Assembly (NCBI GenBank): GCA_020632375.1
Contig: JACKFR010000002.1
Span: forward strand, 118,771 to 182,770
Direction: 5' to 3'
Length of the DNA: 64,000 nt
From: Candidatus Nomurabacteria bacterium
GTDB taxonomy: Bacteria > Patescibacteriota > Dojkabacteria > SC72 > JAHDCA01
Of the stretch, positions 18,879 to 27,145 are shown piece by piece (within the stretch, counting starts at the first letter, position 1; each line of letters opens with the position of its first letter). Below the pieces are notes generated by a model. It searched no databases. It was not told where the DNA came from and saw only the letters and a list, made by a program, of their open reading frames with translations. The translations under genes were made by a program, and so were the position numbers.

Positions 18879-20840
18879 CTATTTTACTACTATCCGTCTG
18901 ACTTTTTTACCGACTTTAAGTATTTGGCTTGTTTTCAGATGTAAATCTGCTTTCCAATCATCAAGTTTTTCACTATCTAGAGTCACAGCTCCCTGCTCGA
19001 TAAGTCTTTTTGCTTGGCTTGAACTTGGTATAAGGTCGGACTTTTCAGTGAGAAGTTTAATAATGTTAATCGATGGTCTATCAACTTCTAATTCTTCTAT
19101 TTCTGTGTCAAAACTTTGATTCTGGAAAACTTCTTCAAAGAATTTCTGCGCACTTTCTGCTTCTTGTTCACCCTTGAGGTCTCTTGTAAGAGTAAGGGCA
19201 AGCTCTTTTTTAAGATCCATCGGATTGATTCCTTGATCGAGCCTGCTTTGCATTTGATCTATTACATCAAGGTCAGTATTTGTCAGCAATTCAAAGCCTT
19301 CCAATATTAGTTGGTCGGGAAAAGCCATGACTTTACCGTAAATATCATTTGCGCTATCAATCAGAGAGATCATATTCCCTTCTGATTTACCCATTTTTGC
19401 GCCTTCGGCTGTTGTTAAAAGCTTTCCGGCTATTACGAATTTTTCTTTATTTAACCTGGCTTTCACCAGGTGTCTTCCTGCAAGCATATTGAAAAGTTGA
19501 TCATTTCCACCTAGTTCTATATCTACTTCAAGCTGAACTGAATCCCAGCCTTGCATTAAAGGATACATAAACTCATGAAGAAAAATCGGACGATCTTCAT
19601 CAACTCTCCTTCTAAACATATCTCTTTTAAGCATTTGCTGGACTGTAAATTCTGACGCAATATCTACTACCTCACTAAATGAAAGCTTTCCGAGCCAATC
19701 ATTATTAAAAACAATCTTTACAGGATTGTCTTTATTGTCGACATCTAATATTGAATTTGCTTGTTCTTTATACAGTTTCAGATTCTCATTTATTTGTTTA
19801 GGTGTCAGAGTTTTCCGGGCAGACGCTTTATCTGTTGGGTCTCCGATCCGAGCCGTAAAGTCGCCTATAAGCATGTGCACTTCGTGTCCGAGCTTTCTGA
19901 AATCTTCAAGCTTGCGCATCATCACTATATGACCAATATGAAGTGTTGCTGCAGTCGGATCAAAACCCTGGTATATTTTGAGTCTTCGCCCTGACTGAAG
20001 TAAATCTGCGAGAGCTTCTTTTGTCGGCAATATTTCTTCTACAGCTTTATTAAGTATTCGGTCAATAATTTTCTTATCCCTCTTAATTTCTTTTGTAATA
20101 ATCTGAATCTGCTGAGAAGACTTCAGAGATATCATCTCGTCTGTATGAAGTAAAGGGTTGTCTTTTGAAATAATTCCAAAGCTAGTTTCAACTTCTCCTG
20201 AAAACTCTTCGATTGCCGCTACAATCTCTTCTGCAATGTCTTTTATTTCTTCTTCGCTTTTGGAAAGACCATTAATAAAAATCAGGATATTTTTTGTTTC
20301 ATTACTTGTTAGGTCTTTTATACCTTGTCGCCAACACCACTTACGTGTAAGGACGCTCTCCTGATCTGCGTGGACAATTTCGTCTACAGAAACTTCTTGA
20401 GGTTCTTCTGTTTGCCTTGATACAAATTTAAGACCTTTTTCATTCATTCCGACAGTGATATCGCCGCTGATCTTATCAAAATCATGTGCTCCTATTGGAA
20501 CTAAGTGTTCTATTTGGACTGCATTTATTATGTTTACAATCGGGTTAATGTTTGGTAAATCTACCGGTTCAATGACTCGGTTTAACAAGCTCACATGTGA
20601 CGGGAGGCTGTTTGTTTTAGAGAATCCGAGATTTTCGAAAACTTTCATCCATGGTGTAAGTTCCGAAATATCTTCAATGCTTTTTTTCAAATGCTTTACC
20701 CTTACTCTATCCATTTGAGAGCAGAGATACTGATATGAATGATCTGAGTTTGCATTGTTATTTAGATTCTTGACAAAAAGCACCCCTTCTTTCAGTTTAG
20801 GGAATGTGTCAAACAGCTTGTTTTGGATCTCTACTTGCAT
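18879..20840 (-). CDS. tyrS: tyrosine--tRNA ligase fused to an N-terminal B3/4 (PheRS-beta-type) domain
   Basis: Residues from about 255 to 653 form a TyrRS: HIGH (TLHIGHIVMM), KMSKS (KMGKSEGN) and a C-terminal S4-like domain. Residues 1 to about 235 match the standalone B3/4-domain family pattern (DLPNINPIVNIINAVQIEHLVPIGAHDFDKISGDITV...VLTRKWCWRQ). Confidence 0.9.
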   Translation of the reverse strand: MQVEIQNKLFDTFPKLKEGVLFVKNLNNNANSDHSYQYLCSQMDRVRVKHLKKSIEDISELTPWMKVFENLGFSKTNSLPSHVSLLNRVIEPVDLPNINPIVNIINAVQIEHLVPIGAHDFDKISGDITVGMNEKGLKFVSRQTEEPQEVSVDEIVHADQESVLTRKWCWRQGIKDLTSNETKNILIFINGLSKSEEEIKDIAEEIVAAIEEFSGEVETSFGIISKDNPLLHTDEMISLKSSQQIQIITKEIKRDKKIIDRILNKAVEEILPTKEALADLLQSGRRLKIYQGFDPTAATLHIGHIVMMRKLEDFRKLGHEVHMLIGDFTARIGDPTDKASARKTLTPKQINENLKLYKEQANSILDVDNKDNPVKIVFNNDWLGKLSFSEVVDIASEFTVQQMLKRDMFRRRVDEDRPIFLHEFMYPLMQGWDSVQLEVDIELGGNDQLFNMLAGRHLVKARLNKEKFVIAGKLLTTAEGAKMGKSEGNMISLIDSANDIYGKVMAFPDQLILEGFELLTNTDLDVIDQMQSRLDQGINPMDLKKELALTLTRDLKGEQEAESAQKFFEEVFQNQSFDTEIEELEVDRPSINIIKLLTEKSDLIPSSSQAKRLIEQGAVTLDSEKLDDWKADLHLKTSQILKVGKKVRRIVVK

Positions 20841-21098
20841 GGCTGTTTAAAGTAAAATTAATTGTTGACGCTTTAAAAACAAAACGCCTTTGCATAAGTT
20901 CTCAAAAACTCACACAAAGGCGCTCTTACCCGCGGTACCACTCTGTTTCATTGGGAAACCCAATGCACTCATTTAAATTGCTCAAGGGTGTAATTCGGCT
21001 GGCTAATGCCAATTTGCAAACTCTCAGCCTTTGTTTGCTCTCTGTCTTATGCCTACTCTACCCTGTCACAGCAAATATTTAGTTAAGAGATTATACCA
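20841..21098 (-). promoter_or_regulatory. T-box riboswitch leader (Tyr specifier UAC) with extended -10 promoter, upstream of tyrS
   Basis: - Read on the minus strand, the promoter is TGGTATAAT (21098-21090).
- The Stem I base pairs TTGCT/AGCAA with GA (K-turn-like) motifs.
- The specifier loop has AGUA...GAA-U-UAC-A, with UAC at 20992-20990.
- An AGAGA bulge and a GCAAAC/GTTTGC distal hairpin follow.
- Stem III is CATTGGG-ttt-CCCAATG.
- The T-box sequence is AGAGTGGTACCGCGGG (20944-20929).
- UGGU complements an A73-CCA end. Confidence 0.85.
20875..20924 (-). terminator. T-box attenuator terminator
   Basis: The minus strand reads GCGCCTTTG...(22-nt partly paired loop)...CAAAGGCG followed by TTTTGTTTTT. 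The 5' arm overlaps the region that can pair with the T-box sequence to form the antiterminator. Confidence 0.75.
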
Positions 21099-21145
21099 GT
21101 AATTGAAGTTAAAGATGAAGAGGCTTTTGGTGAATCCTGTATATT

Positions 21146-22351
21146 TCAGAGTTTCTGTGGTGTTTTCTTAAAATAGTCTCTATCCTTCAGTGCATCTGGC
21201 ATGCACTGCTGTCCAGACTTTTTTGAATCTAGATCATGGTCGTAGATATACCCTTTACCGTAGCCAGAGTCTTCCATTAGTTCAGTAACTGCATTGCGAA
21301 GATGCATTGGGACAGGTTCATTACTAAAATTTTCAGCGTCACGTCCAGCAAGATTCTTAACTTGATATGCTTCATTGTCTTTTGGTGCTTTTGCAAGATA
21401 AATTGCGAGCTGGATCAAGTGGACATCGCATTCTGGCATTCCCAGTTTCGCACAGGCTTCATATACTGCATTAGCTAAGATTAGTGCATTAGGGTCTGAA
21501 TTTCCGATGTCTTCGCTTGCAAATCGCACAAGTCTTCTAGCAATATACAGAGGGTCTTCGCCCGCATTTAGCATGCGCATTATCCAGTAGGCTGCTGCGG
21601 AAGCATTTGACGAACGAAGCGATTTGTGAATTGCAGATATAATATTGTAGTGCTCTTCACCGTTTCTATCATGGTAGGCCTTCTGCTGAACTGCTTCAGA
21701 GATTAGCTTTTTTGTAATCTTTGTTTTGACAGAATCAGCGAGTGCAACTGAAACTTCAAGTGTGTTAAGAGCTGATCTTAGGTCACCGTTTGAAATATCT
21801 GCAATAAAATTTACTGCAGCGGAATCAAGCTTCTGTTTCGGAAACTCTTCTTTTGCAATCCTATTTATAAAGTTAATGATGTCTTCTTTTTCATGCGGTT
21901 TAAAAATAAATACTTTTGATCTCGATAAAAGAGCGTTGTTTATTATGAAAGAAGGGTTTTCTGTAGTAGCGCCGATCAAAGTTATAATCCCTTTTTCGAC
22001 ATAAGGGAGCAGTGCGTCTTGTTGAGCTTTGTTCCACCTGTGTATTTCGTCGAGAAAAAGAATTGTTTTCTTGTTAAAATTTTGGTTTGATCTCGCAATC
22101 TTAATTATCTTTCGGAGTTTATCTTTGCCGCTATTAACTGCTTGTAGCCTGTAAAAATCATAAAAAAGGTTTTGCGAAATTATATATGCGAGAGTTGTTT
22201 TCCCCGTACCTGGAGGTCCCCAGAAAATCATTGAAGGGATTCTATCTTTCTCTATAAGTTTGCGGATCGGGCCGTTTTTACCAATAAGATGTGGTTGTCC
22301 AATAAATTGGTCAAGTGATGAAGGCCTGTATTTTGAGGCAAGTGGCTCCAT
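21146..22351 (-). CDS. rarA: replication-associated recombination protein A (MgsA/RarA AAA+ ATPase)
   Basis: Walker A (FWGPPGTGKTT), LFLDEIHRWNKAQQDALLP, and a MgsA C-terminal domain (HYNIISAIHKSLRSS...AAAYW). Confidence 0.92.
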   Translation of the reverse strand: MEPLASKYRPSSLDQFIGQPHLIGKNGPIRKLIEKDRIPSMIFWGPPGTGKTTLAYIISQNLFYDFYRLQAVNSGKDKLRKIIKIARSNQNFNKKTILFLDEIHRWNKAQQDALLPYVEKGIITLIGATTENPSFIINNALLSRSKVFIFKPHEKEDIINFINRIAKEEFPKQKLDSAAVNFIADISNGDLRSALNTLEVSVALADSVKTKITKKLISEAVQQKAYHDRNGEEHYNIISAIHKSLRSSNASAAAYWIMRMLNAGEDPLYIARRLVRFASEDIGNSDPNALILANAVYEACAKLGMPECDVHLIQLAIYLAKAPKDNEAYQVKNLAGRDAENFSNEPVPMHLRNAVTELMEDSGYGKGYIYDHDLDSKKSGQQCMPDALKDRDYFKKTPQKL

Positions 22352-22365
22352 TGTTTAAGATTGAA

Positions 22366-22917
22366 TTATTTCTGCAGTGCTTTAGCGGAGTATTCGTAGA
22401 CGAGGTCTCCATTACTCAGGAGATGCTTTGCAGATTCTTTGATTTCTGGAAACTGATAATGGAAAGTAAAGACTTTTGCATTGTCTTGAAGCTCTTGCTT
22501 GAGTTTTTTTACAAGGGGTTTCATCGCTTTTTCATTTAAATGACAATAAACGATATCTATTCCTTTTAGATCTGCTCGAAATATACTATCTGACTTTATT
22601 TCATAGCTTCCTTTTAGTCCTGTCTTAGTAATTTTAAGAAGCCTCGACAGCATTGCAAGAATTGGAGAGATCTCATATCCGACGACTTTTGCGTTGTATA
22701 ACTTAACTGCGCCGATAATGATCCTTCCGTCACCCGATCCCAAATCAATTAATTTCACTCCTTTCTTGAGGTTCATTGATTTAAGAATTTCCGGGACAAT
22801 TTTTCTAGGGGTCATTATGCTTGGTGCAAGAATCATGTTAGCCAAATAGGTCACAATGACTCCAGCAAAAAACAAAATTGCCAGAAGCATAGATGAAATT
22901 AATAGAGCTTTCTGCAT
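22366..22917 (-). CDS. membrane-anchored class I SAM-dependent methyltransferase
   Basis: N-terminal TM helix followed by SAM motif I (LIDLGSGDGRIIIGA). Confidence 0.7.
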   Translation of the reverse strand: MQKALLISSMLLAILFFAGVIVTYLANMILAPSIMTPRKIVPEILKSMNLKKGVKLIDLGSGDGRIIIGAVKLYNAKVVGYEISPILAMLSRLLKITKTGLKGSYEIKSDSIFRADLKGIDIVYCHLNEKAMKPLVKKLKQELQDNAKVFTFHYQFPEIKESAKHLLSNGDLVYEYSAKALQK

Positions 22918-22963
22918 AGTGTAAAATTAGTGAAATCTTTAATTGAGGAATTATACCACTAGG

Positions 22964-23665
22964 ATGGATGGTTTACTTCTTGTAAATAAAAAAACTGGTA
23001 TCTCTTCTTATGATGTGATCCGTAAGATTAAGCGGGTCTTTAAGTCTTCAGACAAATACGCTGAGATCCGTCACCCTAAGATAGGTCATGCAGGAACACT
23101 TGACCCTTTTGCTTCAGGGCTTTTGATTGTGTTAGTTGGGAAAGCGACTAAGAAGATGATGTCTATTCATGAATATTCTAAAGTTTATGATGTAACAGCT
23201 GAATTCGGATATGAGACTGATACACAAGATTTAACAGGGAAAATTATTGCAAAAGATCAAAAAAAAGCTGCTTTGGATAAAGGGGATATTCTTGCTGTAA
23301 TGCAGGGTATGCTTGGGAAGCAACTCCAGGTCCCACCAAATTACTCAGCCAAGAAAGTTAAAGGTCGTCGGGCATATTCTCTTGCCAGAGAAGGAAAAGA
23401 GTTAAATCTTGCACCAAAAGAAATTGAGGTGTTTCAGTTTGAGCTGACAGACTTTTCTTGGCCAAAGATTTCTTTTAGGCTGGAGGTTAGTACCGGAACA
23501 TATATAAGAACTATTGTATCGGATCTCGCCAAAAGAATTGGAAGATGTGCTACTGCCGTAGAACTTAGGAGGGTATCAATTGGCCCATATATAGTGGAAG
23601 ATGCGATTAATGTAGATTCTATTTTAACTCTGAAAGACGTAGAATCGAACATAATTAAGATTTAA
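22964..23665 (+). CDS. truB: tRNA pseudouridine(55) synthase
   Basis: MDGLLLVNKKTGISSYDV...GHAGTLDPFASGLL, which includes the catalytic Asp motif. The track starts at TTG 22943; I prefer ATG 22964. Confidence 0.92.
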   Translation: MDGLLLVNKKTGISSYDVIRKIKRVFKSSDKYAEIRHPKIGHAGTLDPFASGLLIVLVGKATKKMMSIHEYSKVYDVTAEFGYETDTQDLTGKIIAKDQKKAALDKGDILAVMQGMLGKQLQVPPNYSAKKVKGRRAYSLAREGKELNLAPKEIEVFQFELTDFSWPKISFRLEVSTGTYIRTIVSDLAKRIGRCATAVELRRVSIGPYIVEDAINVDSILTLKDVESNIIKI

Positions 23666-23675
23666 CGTAGGTCTG

Positions 23676-24395
23676 GTGTCTAAAATAAATAGAGACAGTA
23701 TTGAAAATGCTTTGTATGTCGTTGCGACCCCAATTGGAAATCTGGGTGATGTAACTTATCGTGCAGTAGAAGTTTTGAAGGGATCTCATTTTGTACTTGC
23801 CGAAGATACTCGCCAGACAAAAAAGCTTTTTGAAAAATACGGTATTGACACACCTTTAGTATCATATCGAGACCAGAATCACGATCAAATTATCCCGAAG
23901 ATAATTGAAAAGCTTGATGCGGGACTGACTCTTTCTCTAGTTAGTGACTCCGGCACCCCCAATATTTCTGATCCCGGGTTCAAACTTGTCCGTGAGCTTG
24001 CGCAACAGGGGTATAAAATTTTTGCAGTGCCCGGACCTTCAGCAGCAATCGCAGCTCTTTCTATCTCTGGCTTGCCAACAGATCGGTTTGTTTTTCTGGG
24101 ATTTCTGCAAAAATCTGAATCTTCTCGAAAAGAGCTTTTAAAACTCTATTGTGAACTCAGAAATACAGTTGTAGTTTATGAGTCTCCCCACCGGCTCAAA
24201 TCTTTGTTAGAGCTTCTAAATTCAATCTATCCGAGAAGGGTGATTGCAATTTCTTTCGATCTTACGAAACTATATGAAGAGTGTTGGCGGGGTACTGTAG
24301 AAGAAGCATATAAGAATTTCCTCAATAAGCAGGTTAAAGGAGAGATTGTCTTAGCTATTGCAAAAGAGGGGTTTACTCTCCAAAAACAGCCTTGA
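23676..24395 (+). CDS. rsmI: 16S rRNA (cytidine1402-2'-O)-methyltransferase
   Basis: LYVVATPIGNLGDVTYRAVEVLK...LVSDSGTPNISDPG...VYESPHRL. GTG start. Confidence 0.9.
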   Translation: MSKINRDSIENALYVVATPIGNLGDVTYRAVEVLKGSHFVLAEDTRQTKKLFEKYGIDTPLVSYRDQNHDQIIPKIIEKLDAGLTLSLVSDSGTPNISDPGFKLVRELAQQGYKIFAVPGPSAAIAALSISGLPTDRFVFLGFLQKSESSRKELLKLYCELRNTVVVYESPHRLKSLLELLNSIYPRRVIAISFDLTKLYEECWRGTVEEAYKNFLNKQVKGEIVLAIAKEGFTLQKQP

Positions 24396-25248
24396 AATTA
24401 CTAGAGGTTGCCTGAGTTACATATGTCTCTGAAAGGTCTTTAATCGCTGCGATTGATTTAATAACTTCTTTAACATCTGATGGCTTCCCGAAATTCTGCC
24501 TATTATTTTGGATTGTTTTCTTCCGTAAAGGAAGATATGGGGCATCGCTTTCTACAACGATACTTTCAATTGGTGTCTCTTTCACAAGGTTTCTGACATT
24601 ATCTGCTGATTTATAAGTGATGATTGCATTGAATCCAATTAAAAAGCCTGCACCAAGAATATCTTCGAGATAGTCTAAAGAGCCAGTGTAGCAATGGAAA
24701 ATCCCTCCAACTCCTCCTACTTCACAAACTATTTCAAGCGAGTCTCTAATGCATTCCGACTCATCGATTCGGTCTCTTGTGTGAATTGTCAGCGGCAATC
24801 GGTTCTCACGGGCAATTTCTACATGTCTTCTGAATGCAATCTTCTGACGCTCTACACACTCAGCACGATCGCTTGTGTCTGGGATTTCATCATTGATTCG
24901 ATAGTAGTCGAGACCTGTTTCTCCTATTGCTGAAAGGGCACCCGAGTTCTCTTTCACTTTTTCAGCCAGCCAGTCTAATACTTTTCTTGTTTGGTTATAA
25001 TTGGTAATTGCATTCTGAATGTTTGAGTTTTGGCAAAAAATAGTTGGATGAAGACCTATTGAAGTTTTCACTACTATCTCAGGATATGAGAGCCAGCTTG
25101 ACGCAGATTTCAGAGCTTCAAGATTTGATTCAATTGTATACCCAACATTTAATAGACCTTTACCGCCCGCTTGAATAAACTCGTCTATAATTTCATTACG
25201 GTTCTGCTTCAACAAGTCTTCTTCAAGATGTGTATGAGAGTCAAACAC
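24373..25248 (-). CDS. tatD: TatD family metal-dependent hydrolase
   Basis: MFDSHTHLE..., the internal segment IGETGLDYY, and TIHTRD. The GTG start directly abuts the upstream stop. Confidence 0.85.
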   Translation of the reverse strand: MFDSHTHLEEDLLKQNRNEIIDEFIQAGGKGLLNVGYTIESNLEALKSASSWLSYPEIVVKTSIGLHPTIFCQNSNIQNAITNYNQTRKVLDWLAEKVKENSGALSAIGETGLDYYRINDEIPDTSDRAECVERQKIAFRRHVEIARENRLPLTIHTRDRIDESECIRDSLEIVCEVGGVGGIFHCYTGSLDYLEDILGAGFLIGFNAIITYKSADNVRNLVKETPIESIVVESDAPYLPLRKKTIQNNRQNFGKPSDVKEVIKSIAAIKDLSETYVTQATSSNFKAVFGE

Positions 25249-26427
25249 TTATATTCCTTTTAGCAAATTATTTTCATCTCCCAGCCTCCAATATGTTACT
25301 CCTGCGATTCCGAATTTTTCTGCAAGCGCTTTTCTTGCAGAGATCCCCTCAGGAGTTTGATAATATATAGTGCATTCAGAGTCTCCACAAGGATATCGGG
25401 CTATCCCCTCCCCAAATGTTTTATTGTACTCGCCTTTTACATTGTACTCGTCAAAGACTTCTTCTATCTGTCTGTATGTCAGAGCAAGAATGCTTCCATC
25501 ACTGCCCCACTGGTAGCCGTATAGATTTACCCCTAGCCAGATTTTGTTCTTTTCTACTTCTTCTACAGCACGTTCTAGTACTGATGCTTGCCAATCAAGT
25601 GGGCCAATAGGACCAGCTTCTGACCCTGGTCCGTGGAGATCATAAGTCATAATTCTAATCTGGTCTGAGTACTGTCCGAGAACTTTCCAGTCTTGAACAC
25701 TTCTTGTTTCATTTAATGACGGATAAAGCAAAGTATTCCATTTCGCTAATACAGTAACAGAAAGTTTTTTGCCTCTCAAATGAAGCTCTTCAGAAAGTGT
25801 TTGTACAAAGTTAAGAAACTTCTGCTTTTCTGTTAGTTCTATCATTTCGTAATCAAGATCTATTCCATCATAGTCTCTGGATACAACATAGCCGATGATT
25901 TCATTAATGTGACGGTTATAATACTCTTCATCTTGAAGAACAGGTTTTATAATCGCTGAGTCAAACATTGATATTGTCGGTATAAGTAAAATCTTATTTT
26001 CACGGCAAAATTTCTTGATGTCGTCTATTGAAGCTGGCTGGTTGTCATTTAAAGAGCCATCTCCATTTACTGAAAACCATACTGGTGAGACAGAATTTAG
26101 CCGATCTGCAATGGACTCCGCACTATTTAACCCGCGATTGTAATCCCACGAAGGGATCCAGCCGATCTCTTCAACCTTTTCTACTGGCTCTGTGAGTTCG
26201 TATTCTATTTGGGGTTGAACCGCATTATTATCTTGGCCCTCATTAGGCTCTTCTGAGTCAGTTGCCGTTTGAGGTTCTGTGATGACTGTAAAAAAACTCT
26301 CACCTTGAGCTTTTGATTCTGTCATTTGGGCAGACTGTATTGTGCTATCATGCATAAAGTCGTAGTAAAGTATGCCTGCAATGAATACAGCTGCAATAGA
26401 AATTATTATGATAGGTGAGTTTTTCAT
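25249..26427 (-). CDS. membrane-anchored glycoside hydrolase family 18 protein
   Basis: N-terminal TM helix. GH18 catalytic DxxDxDxE motif (YDGIDLDYE). Confidence 0.8.
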   Translation of the reverse strand: MKNSPIIIISIAAVFIAGILYYDFMHDSTIQSAQMTESKAQGESFFTVITEPQTATDSEEPNEGQDNNAVQPQIEYELTEPVEKVEEIGWIPSWDYNRGLNSAESIADRLNSVSPVWFSVNGDGSLNDNQPASIDDIKKFCRENKILLIPTISMFDSAIIKPVLQDEEYYNRHINEIIGYVVSRDYDGIDLDYEMIELTEKQKFLNFVQTLSEELHLRGKKLSVTVLAKWNTLLYPSLNETRSVQDWKVLGQYSDQIRIMTYDLHGPGSEAGPIGPLDWQASVLERAVEEVEKNKIWLGVNLYGYQWGSDGSILALTYRQIEEVFDEYNVKGEYNKTFGEGIARYPCGDSECTIYYQTPEGISARKALAEKFGIAGVTYWRLGDENNLLKGI

Positions 26428-26440
26428 TAAAAATCTATAA

Positions 26441-27145
26441 ATGAGTAAGATAAAGCATATATCTAAAAAGTATCTGTATATTACAGAACATAGGCTAAAA
26501 GCTATTATAAAGAAATGTCGAAAATTATTCAGCTCGCTTTTTTTTGATTACTCTGGGACTGTTTCACCGTTTGATTATGAAAACCTACCCCACCCTTTTC
26601 ATTGGACAAAGCGTCTTAAATATAAGCGACTATATGTAGAAATCGGGACAGGACACGGTGAGGCAATTAAACATCTGTCTTCGGCTGACCCGGAAGACCT
26701 TTTTGTGGGATTTGAGATCACAAAGAAGTACAGTAAAAAAACTGCAAATAAAATAAGAAAGAGTAAAAACGCTTACGTATTCAAAGCCGAAGCATATTCA
26801 GCGATTCTGAATTTATTTTCAAATAATTCAATTGATGGCATATACATACTTTTTCCGGATCCATGGCATAAGAAAAGACATCACAAGCGGAGACCAATCA
26901 CAACGAAATGGCTTAAGAAGGTGTCAAAAAAACTCAAACCGGGTGGATTTATTATATTTGCGACTGACTGGGAAGAATATTTTGATTATGCGATTAAACA
27001 GTTTCAAAGCGTTAGTAAAAATTTTGAAATAGGAGCTGGTAAATATACTCCTTCAATGTTTAATCTGCCAAAAACTCATTACTATACGAAATGGCTTTCC
27101 GAGGGTCGGAGATTTAATTATATAAAAGCAACACGAAAAGCTTAA
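26441..27145 (+). CDS. trmB: tRNA (guanine46-N7)-methyltransferase
   Basis: VEIGTGHGEA SAM motif and the TrmB signature FPDPWHKKRHHKRR. Confidence 0.9.
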   Translation: MSKIKHISKKYLYITEHRLKAIIKKCRKLFSSLFFDYSGTVSPFDYENLPHPFHWTKRLKYKRLYVEIGTGHGEAIKHLSSADPEDLFVGFEITKKYSKKTANKIRKSKNAYVFKAEAYSAILNLFSNNSIDGIYILFPDPWHKKRHHKRRPITTKWLKKVSKKLKPGGFIIFATDWEEYFDYAIKQFQSVSKNFEIGAGKYTPSMFNLPKTHYYTKWLSEGRRFNYIKATRKA

